Under the pieces are notes generated by a model, which searched no databases, was not told where the DNA came from, and saw only the letters and a program-made list of their open reading frames with translations. DNA of 64,000 nucleotides from positions 2,867,591 to 2,931,590 of the forward strand of contig LN717261.1 of assembly GCA_001244265.2 (NCBI GenBank), in the 5' to 3' direction. The DNA is from Microbotryum violaceum. Its lineage: Eukaryota. This document shows positions 49,901 to 63,234 of this stretch, one piece after another. The first letter of the stretch is position 1. Each line of letters begins with the position of its first letter. Made by a program: the position numbers and the translations under genes.

Positions 49901-51281
49901 TCAATTCAAGTCAAACTCTAAAACGAGGTTATCAATCAACCTTGTCCTACCCAACATGACCGCTCCGCTTAGGATCGCTCCATGGCCGCGAGGAACAGCA
50001 TGATCATAACCGAGGCGCGTCAATTCGAGAGGATCGTTGAGCTCGACGTAGATGGGCGAGATGGTCACTCCCGCACCATCGGCCGAGGTAGAAGCTCGTT
50101 CCTGGACCTGGGCGAAATGTTTCTTTGCTTCGTTCAATACGGATCCAACGAGGACCTTACCATCGGGGTTCTCGTTTCGTTGTCGAGTCCATTCATGTTC
50201 GCAAGCTTTCAAGGCGTCGATGAGGACCGTAGCCCAGGGTCGTTCGGCGACGGAGAGGTAGGCGTTCCGACTGCTCAACGCGAGATGGGTCGTAGCGTCG
50301 CGGTGGGTCGGGAAGATGACGAGGTCGGAAGGGAGGGGATGGGGCACGTGAAGGTCCAATAGCATACGTCGGAGGAGGAGGCATTGCTGGATGTCTTTTT
50401 GGCCGAAGAACGCTCGAGTTGGCTGTCGGGAGGTTGGGAGGTGGGGGACAAAGGTGGGGTTCAGGATTCTCAGGTTTCATGTCTTTGAGGATAGTATATG
50501 AGGGTGGAGTGTTCTTCGACTCACCTGGACCAAGTTGAACAGTTTAAGTACAACTGTTGCTACACCCCTGAAGAAGCCTGGTCTGGACACGCCTTCCATG
50601 ACCTCTTGTAGCCCCTTGACCTCGACAAATGTACCTCGCTGTTCCGAGACTTGAGTTGTGATACCCGAGGGATAGAGCGCCGACACGGGAGGGAGGAACA
50701 AGGCCGTAACGTTTCTTGGTGTAGTCCCACTCGAAGGGTGGTACTGGGCTGCTTTGAGACGTTCGAGATCGGCTTCCAAGGTGCACGGGTAGGTCGCGAG
50801 GTCCTCGGTCGGCGCGAATTGTGCGGGGTTGACAAAGATGGACACGATCGTCGAATCGGTACGGGAGAGGGATTCGTTGACTGATTATGTGCAAAATATC
50901 GAGCAGATTAAAAGGTTCCCGGTGCCGTGACATGATTGCAGGTTGAAGAAAGCGCCGCCGTGTCAGCTCTTTCTCGGCCCTCGTCTCGAGCCGCCAAGAA
51001 CTCCCAAGTGGGGGGGGGACGGAGTCACGGCTCGGCTTGAGCCAACGAGTCGGTCCGAGCTCGCTCCCATCCCCACGCCCACGACCTGGCTGACAAGATT
51101 CCTCCAAGTCAGAAAAGAACGGACCCAGACTGATATGCCCATCATGGAGTGCTCCCATGGTCGGAACAAAACCGACGGTGTTGCCCTCCTGCAGCTGTTG
51201 AGCGCGCCATTGCCTCAGCTCTGCGACCGAAGTCAGGATCGGAAACGGGGCCGAGGGGAGTTGCTGTGGTCCGGAAGACAT
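49901..51281 (-). CDS. PAN6: Pantoate-beta-alanine ligase (pantothenate synthetase)
   Basis: Exons 51281-51125, 50880-50525, 50422-49901 join in frame; GFVPTMGALHDGH, SIFVNPAQF, RPGFFRGVATVVLKLFN, FFGQKDIQQ, LALSSRN, TRLIDN. Confidence 0.96.
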
Positions 51282-53149
51282 GATGGTGATGCCGAGAAAT
51301 AAGGAAGGCTTTGAAAGGGAAAGTAAGAGCCGAGGTATGCGTCGCTTGTCTGTGCACCCCGGGACAGAGCTCAAGAGGCGTTCGCGTGTTGTCCGAAATG
51401 ATCGCTTGCGATTTGGCAAAAGAACGCAGAAGAAAGCTAATCAGAGCTAATAGCCAGAGCTAACCAGAGCTAACCCGCCGCTACCCGCCGCCTGCGAAAC
51501 GAAAGCGAGAACGGAACGGCATTACGGCCTCATTCGTGTCTGCTCCCAGCCACACCCTTACGTTGACCCACACCCCAAAGCAGCAGGGATCAACATCATC
51601 ACTCTAAACAGATTCAATCGGTCGTCCAGCTCGACACTTTCGCACATCCTTCTATTCAGCACCGGCACCGGCTTGCGACTCGATTCGAGCTCCGGTCAGC
51701 TCTCTACACTCTTTGACCCGCAACCTCGGTTTCAAAGATAGCTACTCACCTCTGCATCCATAAACTCGTAGCAATGCGTCCGACCGTACTTCTCTGCGTC
51801 CGACCGATCCCGCTGTCGTCGATCCCTCCGCTCCTTCTCCGTCTCCCTCCTCAATCCTCCCCGACCTCCCACCAAGCCGAACGAAGACGACTCAAGCAAG
51901 CGTCACCGACCATGGAAGCCCTGGTCAAGAAGTTGGCGCAACGAGCAGCGCCGCTGGACAACTTGAGGCTGCACGCCTATGTACCCAAGAGGAAGGAATG
52001 GGAGGGAGTCGCTTCGAAACATCGCGTATTGGTCAGTTGGGCCAAGGTCGTGCACGTGGAATTTGTAGACTCAACTGATTTTAGACTTCTTCCTACAAAC
52101 CAGCTGCAACGATTGAGGAAGGAAGCCTGATCAAACATCGGGCCAGGACGATCGGCGTCAGGGACAGAGACTTTTTCGTATCGAGATGATGGGTGTCCAA
52201 CAGCATCAAGAAAATTGACATCAGTATCTTAGGTAGTAGTAGACGATCAGCCATTTGCAACCTCAATTCGCATATTCAGATTCTCTTGACAGCAGTGTCG
52301 TTGTTATTTCTCTTTCTCGGGTGGCTTTGCTCCTATGAGCCATGCAGGCTTCTCCCAGGCAAACAAAATGATGTGCCCATACTACACAGAGCACAGGAAG
52401 AAAAAACTGGATTGCAGCTTCAAAACCTTTGGAGCGCCTACTGCCAAGCCTCAAGCAAGCTCTTCCCAAAGTCATCACTCCAGCTCGGCGTCCCCGTTCT
52501 CGCCTCCAGCCTCTTCCCCATCGCCCTCAAGCGCAGCCCGACAATCTCCCGAATCGTCCGTGCCACACGCGACAAGTGTTTCAAAACCGAGAAAGAAGGC
52601 GCGTGGTGATGCACGAGGTAAGCGGAGAGCGCTTGGGCTTCCGTCGGGTCCGAGAACCAGATGCCGTGAAGTCGAACATAAATCCTCGGCGACGAAACTT
52701 GAAGGAACCTTCGGCGTGGGCAGCCGACGGAATGACAGGTTTTCGAGGAGGCTGAGCGAGACAGTCAATCGAAGTAGATCGAAAGAGCAGTTCGTTAGCT
52801 GTGGACGTCGACCCGGTCCTTGAAGCAGTCTTTTTCGCCGTTGATGACGACGACGAAGCCCTAAGTTTGCCACTCCGAGTCGCCGAACCACGTTTCAAAG
52901 ACCTTGCTGCCGTAGATGGCCCACAGAAGCCTGTAGGCTTGCAGATGGGAACGGTTTTCACCGGGTGTGGGTGGGAAGGCGGGGATGCCAAGTGCTGCAA
53001 CCGCGGTGTTTGAGGTCCCGAGGGTGTATTGATCGGAGCCGGCGCACAGGAGCGCAGGCGCCATGTGTGACGCAAGGTGCGTGCCGTACGTGACACCCTC
53101 ATTCGACGGTGGGCAACGCGTAGGGGGCGCAAGACGGTACAGGTAGTGA

Positions 53150-54700
53150 ATTAACGCCCCGTGGGCCTGCGCGGCCGCTGTGCCGGCAAACTTGAGCCCA
53201 ATCGCAAAGCTTGCACCGACAACGATGCTCCACTTCTCAATCCCGAGGTCCGCATCGCCCTCCCGCGTCGCCGTGTCGCCGCTTTGACAGCATAGGAGAT
53301 GAATATCGGCACGTGGGAGTCAACCCATGTCTTGAAGAGTTGGATGCGGTTCCAGAGGATCATCGCTCTGGCCACTGGTGTGCGCACGACTCGGAGACGG
53401 AAGAACATCCGCGCCAACCTAATCGAGGCGCCGAGGCTGAGTCGTTATCTCGAGCAACCGGAAGCAACGTCGTGGCGCTCGGCGCGGCACATGATTGCGA
53501 GTGCCATTGTTGCTGCTGAGCTGGTCACGTTGATTTCGGTGACGTGTACGCTATGGACATTGACCCAGCAGGCGTGAGGAGTGGTCGATGAGATTTTCCG
53601 GTGACGACTGCCCTCAACGTCTCTGTGCACCTCACCCGGTTTGGCTTCCGCGTTCGTACGGCTGGCTAGTGCGATCAGCCCGAACGAAAAGCCTGCGGAT
53701 AAAGCGTACGCTTCTTGGCATGCCGCAGCGTCCTGCGTATCGTCACGTGGATTTCGCAGTTCCTGAACCACCACGTACGCTTGAATACGTTTCCACGACC
53801 CAAGATGCAACATGCCCAGACCAAGCAGCAAAGTGGCCTCTGCGTCATACCCGAGACGTTCAGTGACGACGAGCTGGGTGGATGGGTGAGGTGGATGCAG
53901 AGCTGCTAAGTGGACCGAGAGAAGGCTCGTGACATTCTGCTCCACTTTATGTCGTGGCCGGTCCCAGCAAGAGAACGATCGAGGCCAATTCGTGCTTCAT
54001 TCGGAGGGTTTCAAACACTTAGTCGAACGCGATCTTCAGGTGCGCCGAAAGACCAATCAAATAAAAGTCTAGCATGCTTCGAATCGAGTCCAGCAGACTG
54101 AGCAGCGGGCTTTTTGAAGCGGATGTGCGAGGCGTCGAAGCCGAAAGTGTTCATAGGACCAACAGAGCTCGCTGTGGAAGCAGCTTGGTACTGCAATGTC
54201 GAAGCCACACCGGTAAGGAAGTCTGCTCACTCGAAACCTCGCCATGACCTGCGCCACCGCTGTCGCGAGGCTCCTTTTCAAGAAGCGAGACGGGCGAAGG
54301 CATCGGCAAGATGCGCGCAGACGTGTTGATGGACGGAACCGTCACGCGTATTTGGGCAGCGAAACTTGTTGCGGTAGGTGAACATCGCATAGCCTATGGA
54401 TAGAGCGAGCGATCGATGCCAGAGGAAGAGCAGGTTCGAATGTTGCGTCTGACTCGGTGTGAGCTGGTCACGGGTCCGGTCAGTCCGGTCTCCGCCAATG
54501 GTGACGGATTCCAAAAATCGCAGCAGACGCATGACAGACGCCGATCCTCGTTGAGCCTGACCGCTTTCGAGGCCGGGCAGCCACGCCCACTTATAATAGG
54601 TCCCGAGCCGATTATCGAAGGGGTCCAAGCTCAAAAGCTGGCGAAGCTCATCATCATCAACGCGCGCGGCTCACGTGCCTCCCTTTTAATCCACGTCTCT
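53150..54700 (-). pseudogene. APC1: Degenerate fragment of anaphase-promoting complex subunit 1 (PC-repeat region)
   Basis: HRSLALSIGYAMFT, LLSVHLAALHPP, LLGLGMLHLGS, EAYALSAGFSFGLIAL, INVTSSAATMALAIM, VARAMILWNRI..WVDSHVP in several frames with stops. Confidence 0.75.
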
Positions 54701-54799
54701 CGGTCTGTGTACGTGACGTCTCGGCCGAATCGACGAGGCGTGCATTCCACAGCATCAAATTGAGCTCACCTTACCTCCCAAATTGGCACTCTTTGGATC

Positions 54800-55712
54800 A
54801 TGTCGGCACACTACTCGGCAACTCAGCGACTCAACTCGGCCACGTACGTACTTGACCCCCCTGTCCTTCTGTCACCGCCTCAGTCTTCGCTCTCCACCGG
54901 ACATTTGCGCTCACCACCGAAACTGATGTATTACTTCAAGCTGAGCAGAGCCCTCACATCGACTGTACTCGTCGTGCTCCTCTCGCTCGTATCCTTATCC
55001 TGTTTGCTCCTCCCGGTGACGGTCACGAACGCCTCGTTGCGCCCGAGCCACGTCAACGTCGTCCTCGGCCGGAGCGGCTATGAGAGATACCCGAGAGCGA
55101 GGGAGTTTGCCTTCGTCAAGTATGATCTTGTAGCAGGTGAGCACAGTCTCTCTTCTGCATTCTCATCAGGGCTATGCACTGACCTTGCCCCCTACCCTTC
55201 CCCCCACACCTCTGATCCATCTCCACGTCACGTATCAGACTTGTCGCCTTTGTTCAACTGGAACACCAAACAAGTGTTCGTCTACCTCGTAGCCGAGTAC
55301 GATACCTACAATTACGCAAGTCAAAAGCAGAACACGGTCGAAGTACAATCAATCCCGTACTGACTCTCCGGGACCCGTCTCATCAGCCGAACAACGCGGT
55401 CGTCCTGTGGGATCGCATCGTGCGCAATAAGAAGTACGCGGCCATCAATCTCAGTAACGGCAAGCAGAAATACGAGTTTAAGGAAATCACCGACACGTTC
55501 AGGTAGTTCACACATCGAGGAATTTCCTCATTCGATTGGAATCGTGGGATCCTCGCTGATTTCCGACCCTCGTTCTTCTCAGGAACGTCTCGGCCACATT
55601 CTCGCTCAGGTATCAGATCCAACCCCATGTCGGAAAATTGATCGATGGCGAGGTGATCAGGACGGAAAAGGCCTTTGATTTCCCGCCTGTGCAAAGACAG
55701 GTCACAGGGTGA
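54800..55712 (+). CDS. SPC3: Signal peptidase complex subunit SPC3/SPC22-23
   Basis: Exons 54800-54843, 54949-55136, 55239-55315, 55387-55502, 55583-55712 join in frame; DLSPLFNWNTKQVFVYLVAEY, VVLWDRI, N-terminal TM segment. Confidence 0.95.
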
Positions 55713-56354
55713 CAGCTTTCGAAGCACAACCAGTTTGGCCCACCCTTTTGCAACCCCTTGGCTCTCCACATCCTTTCATGGCTATGGCGGTCGAACCGAC
55801 ACCTCGATTCAAAGGTGTATATAACAGGACGTAAGAAGAGAGCGAGAGCGAGAGCGAGAGCGATTGGAAGAAAAAGGGTAGTGGGAAAGGCTGCGATTAA
55901 TGTAAACGTATAGAAGGAAGGGGCGAAGGAAAGACGAGCAGGCGACGCCGGTCCACCTTACTGCCTCCTTGAACAAAAATATTACGAGCGTCGTAAGCGG
56001 GCTGCCACAAAGAGAAAGGCTGCCGGCTAAAGAGTCAGCCGAAGCAAGGTCGAGTCGAAACCCAAAGAGGTTCAAGATCAACTCACCCCCCCTCCTTCGC
56101 CCCCCGAAGAAAACGAGAGCGATTTTGTTACATTTTGTGACAACCCTTGAGAACAATGAATCAGGAAATCCACACGAACGGGAAAGCAAGCGAAGAATGA
56201 AAAAATAGCACGCTTTGCACATCGAAGATTGACATTCGCCTTGGGGAAAAGGACGACGACGACGACGATCGTAATTATGGGAAAGAGAACGACCAACGAC
56301 CATGATCGAGTTGATGTCTCCAAGTCGAGTGGGACAGCGAGACCATAACTCCCA

Positions 56355-57395
56355 TCAACTACTGCCTCTCCGAATTGTCGGCAGTCGAGTCGGCGCGGCG
56401 TAAGTACCTCTTCTCCGCCTCTCCCCGCCCAAAGGTGAGATTGTGCCAAGTGTTGTTCCTGCTGTCACGGTTGCTTGTCCAGCAGGTATCGGCTTGTTTG
56501 TAACTGTATCGACGAGCTCACTTGAAGTATACACCGATGACGAGCGCAAGGTATCCGTGATCGTCGTCTCGTTCGGGGCCGAAGACGTATAGCTGCCGCT
56601 GGGGATGACGGTACCGGTCGTTCTACTCTTGGACGTTGTCTTGGATCGCGTCGAGGTATAATTTGCGCCCGTGGCTTCGTACTGCGAGCTATCGGTGTCA
56701 TTGATGCGGCGCCGCGACAATCCGACACCTAGTCCGATGGCCAGAGCGATGGCGATGACGGTCGCGATGAGCAGAACCAGTGCAAGAGGGCGCATGTACC
56801 AAGGTCGGCCATACGATCGCTTCCGTCCGGAACTGCCATCAAGAAGTGACGATCCGGACCCTCCTTGCTCCGCCTTGATGCCCATCGCCATCGTACTTGG
56901 GCCACCAGTTCCTGCTGCAGCACCACTCGCCTTCGAACCGGCCACACCTGCACCTGCACCTGCACTTGCAGAGGCAGCTTCATCAGTCCCAGCACCTACT
57001 GCAGCACCATGGCCATATTCATCGGTGCCCTTGGTTGTATGTGGCGCGAGGTTAGGTTTCTCCGACGTGAGCTCCTTCAACGATGGGCTGGGACTGAGGC
57101 CGGGGCCAAGCGTGCGGTCCGTTGCAGCACCTGCACCTACACCGCCTACCGCACCGGCTGCTAGTCGTGGCGACGAGCCGTCAACCGAACTAGGGGCATG
57201 GCTGTTGGAACCGCGCGGGCGGGCGTTGAGCAGTCCGACGTCGTAGCCCTCTTGGCGATCCCGCTCGGTCAAGGGCAGGCCCCGCGATTGGGCCAGGTAC
57301 GGGTCACGCCCCGATCCACCATAGGCGGCACTAGGCGGGTTCAATGGTGGTGATGGTGGTGGTGTCGAGGACGGAGGCGAGGAGGGGCGGGACAT
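56355..57395 (-). CDS. Single-pass membrane protein of unknown function
   Basis: Long uninterrupted ORF; probable start MSRPSSPP at 57395; RPWYMRP + TM ALVLLIATVIAIALAIGLGVGL followed by a Ser/Thr-rich tail. Confidence 0.7.
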   Translation of the reverse strand: MSRPSSPPSSTPPPSPPLNPPSAAYGGSGRDPYLAQSRGLPLTERDRQEGYDVGLLNARPRGSNSHAPSSVDGSSPRLAAGAVGGVGAGAATDRTLGPGLSPSPSLKELTSEKPNLAPHTTKGTDEYGHGAAVGAGTDEAASASAGAGAGVAGSKASGAAAGTGGPSTMAMGIKAEQGGSGSSLLDGSSGRKRSYGRPWYMRPLALVLLIATVIAIALAIGLGVGLSRRRINDTDSSQYEATGANYTSTRSKTTSKSRTTGTVIPSGSYTSSAPNETTITDTLRSSSVYTSSELVDTVTNKPIPAGQATVTAGTTLGTISPLGGERRRRGTYAAPTRLPTIRRGSS

Positions 57396-57954
57396 GGAGC
57401 GGGACGTAGGCTGAGCCGGATGTTTGACGTTTCGAGGGTGATCTCGCGCCGCGCCGGGGTTGGGATGTCGATCAAGGAAGGGGACGGGGAGGGGCGAGGG
57501 GCTGGGGGGGGGGGGGGGCTGTTGTGCGCAGAGGCGATGCAATCGAGGACCCCACGGACACACGCGCGGACTAGTTGTTGTACAAGAGCCAAGCAGGTGG
57601 GCTTTACAGACCGTATGGAACAGGAACACAGGAGACGCGTGGTGGTAGTGAGATGTTCGAGTGGCTGGCGTGATATGGAGAGGATGTGTGATCGCGGTTT
57701 GTGGTCAAAGCCAAAGGCGTCCAAAAGATCGGGGGTGGGTGGAGGTCGTTCCCGGTGGACTGAATTAGCAGCACAGGCGCAGGGTGTCGCAGGCCTGCTG
57801 GCGCCGGTGGCACTTAGCAGCACCGCATTGTGGCACCTGGGCCCTGCGCGGTCGTGACGCCGTGGGCCCGGCTGGGCGCTTTCGCGGGCGCGGCGCCGCT
57901 CTAGCTTGAGGTTGGAGCTACTAAAAGCAATCTTCGATTTCTTCTTAAGAGCTA

Positions 57955-58715
57955 CCAGTGGGAACCCGTAAAAATTACGGGATGACGAAATTCAAATAGC
58001 AGGAGAACTGGATGGAGCAGAGGTAAAAGAACACAATACCAAGGTCAGCAAAGGAACGATTATCCATTCATCGCCGTAACAGCAGGTAACAGCCGCCCGT
58101 CAACGTTGCTTGTTGCCCAAAACGTCGTCGCAGTGTCGGCCTCACTTGGCTTCAAACACTCGCGCAATGAAACCCGGACGGTTATTCGTGTTTCGTCGTT
58201 CCGCCCCAGTGCAGGGAGGGAAAAGGAAGAAATTAGAGTAGCGCATTATACGCCCCTCGAACCTCATGTTGTTGTTGAGCCCTTGAAACCGGTGTCGCGA
58301 TGAGACAATACGTTACGAGACTGACAGCGCATCGCGCAAGCGCAAGCCACGCCCGCGCGTCAACCACAGCGGGACTACGCCTGGGCTCTGTAGAAGAAGT
58401 GTCATGCAAGCCCACGCGCTTGCTATACATTAAATCATACACAAACTGCTCAATAGTTGCGCACCCTGCCAAAATTCGACAAAAATTGTCTTCGGGCTGT
58501 AGCTCGACTTTTATGGTGCAGAAAATGCGGAAAAGGTCGTACATGACTTCTGGTCGTGACGCCATTGGCACAGGCAGGTGCGGCAGACGCAATACTGTAC
58601 TGGTACCTTCACCGTAGGCGGCCCAGAGGGCCGCAACACAGTGAAAAACAGCGATTTTAGGTACATGGGTCGCGGATCGACGCGATGGACCTTTACCCTT
58701 ACTACCTCTATATAT
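57955..58715 (-). mobile_element. Short (~760 bp) non-coding Helitron derivative
   Basis: Shares 5' region with 61150-61440 and 63240-63750; 3' hairpin CCCGTAATTTTTACGGG then CTGG|T on the minus strand. Confidence 0.75.
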
Positions 58716-58720
58716 AAAAA

Positions 58721-61440
58721 CCAGTGGAAACCCGTTAAATTAACGGAGGATGAAATTCAAAAGATAGCAGGATAATCGAACAGTCTACATGATTTCAGCG
58801 CAGAGGTTAAGAAAACACAATACGAAATACAGCAAAGAAACAAAATCCATTCATCTTACATTCATTGCCGAAACAGCCTGCATGTCGCTTGTTGCCGGAC
58901 TTGGCTTCAAACAATTGTGCAGTGAGATCCGGACGGTTGCACGCTTTGCCATTCGGCCCCAGTGCAGCCATGATTTCCGGTGATTCGGGGTCGTACGTCA
59001 TCGTGATGAGCAGCGGAGGCTTTCCATGTTTGACAGCGCACGCCATCGCATTCTGGTCTCGCTGCGTGATGTCGCAATTTGGTTCGGGGTCAAGCCGTTG
59101 AAGCCTTGGGTCGTGGTAAGGCGTAGGTTCTCTTGATGCAACCGGATGTGTTGAGTCAATCGGTCTTGACTTGGGAGTACATCCGTAAATCACAAACTCC
59201 AGGAAAGGACGTTGGTTGCAATGCGGGATTGAGAAGTAATCGTCGCGTTTGGCAAGTAGTGCGCAAAGAATTGTGAACGCGATACTCACCACCTCGACCC
59301 GTTTGCTTGACCTTCGTCCTAGGTGTTCAAAAGTTCAATGTCAGTCTGTGCTTGTGCCTTAGACAGAATGGAGCCTCAGGGAAAGAGCCGAAGACGCGTA
59401 CGTTCGCCATCACCATCCTCTTCGTCCCCCGCCGTCTTCATCCTCATCGTCACAGTCTTCGTCCTCCTCTTCGCCTTCGTCAGCAAGGCCGAGACCGGCA
59501 AGTACCTCGCGCGGTTGGACACCATTGTCGATCTGCTCTCAGTTTCTGGCGATTGGCGGCCTGGCTTGGTGGAACCCGCAAAGAGGAATGTTGGGGTGGA
59601 AGCCATCTTCCCCTGCAGGAAAAAAAAGTGGGTAACGGAGAGGCATCGCAGACGGATGGAGCGAGCTAACGACTTGGTACTTGGGCCGACCCTCGGGACA
59701 TCGATCACCGTGCACCTGGAGAATAAGGTCTTGACGTCCACGATCTCCCGTGTTGGTGTCGGAATCGCAGATAAGCATCGCCGTTTCCGTGCTCGACGTA
59801 GGAGGGTTGTGGGTGCGTCGGTCCCGGCCTGGCGGGAGGCAGAGGTGCAGGATCCAATCTTTGGCCGTATCCCAACTTGCGCGAGGTTTGGCCGATGCGA
59901 ACTCCCTCACAAAGTGATTCTTAGTACGCAACATGGACTCGAGCTTGGTCAAAGTAGATGGTTGCATGTGACTGTCTGCGCCGTCGGGTTCAAGTCGAGT
60001 GTCGGTGGCCTCGGCCGGGTTGATCAGCCATGTTTGAGCAAAGGCTGGGCATTGATTCACGGCAGGAATCAGGGCGCCGAGTCGATGGTAGAGGCGACCA
60101 AACACGCGAAACACGGGGGGTCCTAGCGTGCCCACTTGAGTTTGGTCCCAGAGGGCAGCGAGCGAAGTGAACGACAACGCGTTGTTGTACGACGGGGCAT
60201 TCTCGCGGAATGCAACCGTCTCTGTGTAGGTGGGTCGAACAGTTCAGCATGTGGGCCTACTACAGACGAATGTCGTTGGACGGAGCAACTGACCGCTATC
60301 CGAGCCTTCAAGAAGCTGCCGATACTCGAGATTGGGCTGGGAGGGGGAGGCAGCTGCACCTTGCCCTGCGAGCAGCACGTGCTGAAGTGTCCGGTCGACT
60401 TGGAGATTTCGCACTCCCAGTGCCGAGCCTTGCAGTGGGTGCACACGGCCGTCTGGGGGCCGAGGTCGTCGCGGATCGAAACGTGGGCTTGAGGGGTTTC
60501 AGCGCGATTCGAGCCCGGCGCACTCGCCTTTGCGGAGGAGGTGGTGGTGGGGCGAGCCCAGCGTCGAGTTGGCCATCGCGCTGACCACGCTGTCCGTTCT
60601 GCACAGCTGCACGGCGGGCTCGTATACGTGTCGCAATGCCAAGATCGGTTGAATTGTTGTCATGACGCGCCGGGGGGCTGATTCTGTTGATCGGAGCGGG
60701 ACGAAGAGGAGGGTCGAGCCGCGGGGCGCCCAGCAGCGGGCGCTCGAGCAGGCCTATGGTAGCCCATGGTACGCCGCTACCCTCGCGCCAAGGCTTGGCG
60801 AGGTTGCGATGGCCCTCCCTGAGTCCCTGGCGATCTTGGGACCGGGACATAGCAGCGAGGGTTTGGTCTTGAATGAGTGTCACTAAAATTGGATGAGAGT
60901 GGGAGGGAGAAAGGAAAGGTTCGAGGGAGTGGCGCAGGATTATTTACGTGGTTTGATTTGTTGTTCAGCCCCTAATGCCGCTGGTCGAATGCCATACGGG
61001 CAAATTGGTTGTTCAGCCCCTGATGCCGCTGGTCAACTGCCGGAATGACACTCCACCGCCGGCGCACCGCATCACGTGACAAACGCCAGCCTTCGCCTCG
61101 CGCGTCAGGCAGAGCTCTGCTGCAGAAGCAATATCATGCAAAGCCACGCGCTTGCGGTTCATTAAATACCATATGAGTGGAAGCATTGTTTTATGTCAGC
61201 GAAAAAAAGATGGAAAATACTGGGAGCGCTGTAGCTTCGTTAGAACGGCGCGGAAAATACAAAAGTCACCACAGGGCTTGTACATGACTTCTGATCGGAA
61301 CCCCGACACCACAGGCAGGTGCGGCAGACACAACAGTATGCTGGTACACCCACCACAGGCGGCCCTCCAGGCCGCAACCTAGTTAAAAACAGCGATTTTA
61401 GGTACATTCCTTAACTCACCTTTTTTAATTACTACCTATA
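58721..61440 (-). mobile_element. Non-autonomous Helitron derivative, copy 2
   Basis: Inverted homologue of 33216-34892; also has CTHCKARHW..TCCSQGKV zinc finger and PLRYPLFFPAGEDGFH; hairpin 58732-58746 and CTGG|T end; 5' end approximate. Confidence 0.85.
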
Positions 61441-61857
61441 CTAGGTTCGGAGCGCGCCACCTCACACTGAAAATCAGCAGTTCTGTTGCACGAAACGCTA
61501 TCGCTCAAGCCTTTCCCGTTGACGACGTCTTTGCTGACCTTGAGGCCTTCGAGAGATCGCAGCGTTCACAGGCGGTGGACCCATTGGATGACGACATCCA
61601 CCGGGACAGAGTGGACGTCGGGCATTGGCTGGGGTGGAGGCGATTGATTGATAGACTCATTTGCTGCCTTTCCCTGAGTCTCCGCAATTGATATGCCTTA
61701 GATCCTCTGGAAGTAGAATGATTCGTCGATGTTGATGTGGTAGAGGCAGGGTTCGGCGAAGAACTGTGTGGGACCGGACCGGACCGGAAGGCTCTCGCTC
61801 AGGCCTTTCCCATTGACAATGTTGTTGCTGGTCTTCAGACCTCCGAGACGTCATGCA

Positions 61858-62455
61858 GCTATCAGTGTTCTTGCTGTTGTCCATCTGTAGCAATGGCAAT
61901 GAAGACTCGCATTTAGTGTTCCCATGACCCGGATTCTGCACCGTACAAAGTCAAGCCGCACCTCAACTTCCCCCAGAAGTCAGCATTCCATGAAGCAAGC
62001 GACTTGGGAATAACGGGAAGGCATTGCTTCGGAACCCCGGTGATGTTACAGTCGAACCGGTTAGTTAGTCATGCTGCCCTGCGCTTTGCTTTTGAAAGAT
62101 TGGCACATGCCTGCCAACACGACGGTCACTCCACCGAACCGAGCCGTGGAATAACAGGAAGGCATTGCTTCGGATCCCCTGTGATGTTACAGTCCAAACG
62201 GTCATTAGTCATGCTGCTCTGCGTTTTGCTATCGAAAGATTGGCACACGCCCGCCAACGCGATGGTCACCCCACCGAACCAAGACGTTGAGGATCTGCCA
62301 AGGGATGGTGAGCCGCAATTCGCGCGACCAGAGCCTGTTTCTTGAGTGATTCGTTACAACTATCAGTATTCTTGCTGTTGTCCATCTGTAGCAATGACAG
62401 TGAAGACTCACATTTGGTGTGCCGATGACCCGGATCCTCAACCGTACGAAGTCAA
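61858..62455 (+). repeat. Nested direct repeats A-B-B-A
   Basis: ~95-bp A at 61858-61953 and 62360-62455; ~135-bp B at 62007-62140 and 62147-62280. Confidence 0.75.
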
Positions 62456-63234
62456 TCCTTCCGCGCTATCACTGACGTTCAATGTCTGTTTCTCGTATCA
62501 GTTTGTCCGTCATATCTAAGACTGCACAGTCATGTCAAGGGATAACTCACGCATGCAGTGTCACCAGCTGACGGTGAAGAAACAACTCGAGAGTTGACAT
62601 TCAAAGAGGACGTGTTGAAGGGAATTTCTGCTTGATAGTTTTCCATTAGCTTCTGAACAATCCCACACCAAGAGCACAGTTCATGAAGTTACTCGAATTC
62701 GTAGCTATGTTGCATGCGGCAGGCATTTCTTGATCTCGTATCCGTTGCAGACCTTCCACGACGACCGCTTCGGATGTCGCGAGCTCGAGGTGGCGATGGG
62801 ATAAGGTGTGAAGAGCAGGAGGGAGAAAGATGGAGAAGCCTGCGCCTCAGTTTAAACCGGACTCATAGAATGTCGCAGAAGGCCGCGGAACGTCGTGGAG
62901 TGAAGCCTGAAGCAGAGGGTCATGTGCCAGGCTGCTTTGATGAGAAATGGAACCTCGACGAACGTTGGGACCTCGGCGAACGTGGACGGAACGGTCTGTC
63001 GCCACGTGGCTTGTCTCCCGTTCTCTGACGTTCTTTGACGTCGACGTTGTAGACACGCAAAACAGCCTGCTTCGGGATACAGAGAGTCACGTGCTATTCA
63101 ATGGAACCTCGGCGAACGTAGGCGAAACGGTCTGAAACAGCGCTAGCTAGCTGGGACGCTGGACCGAGAGCTGCCTATGACGTCACGCCACGTGGTTTGT
63201 GCCACGTGGTTTGTCTTTGTCTCAGGACGTTTGT

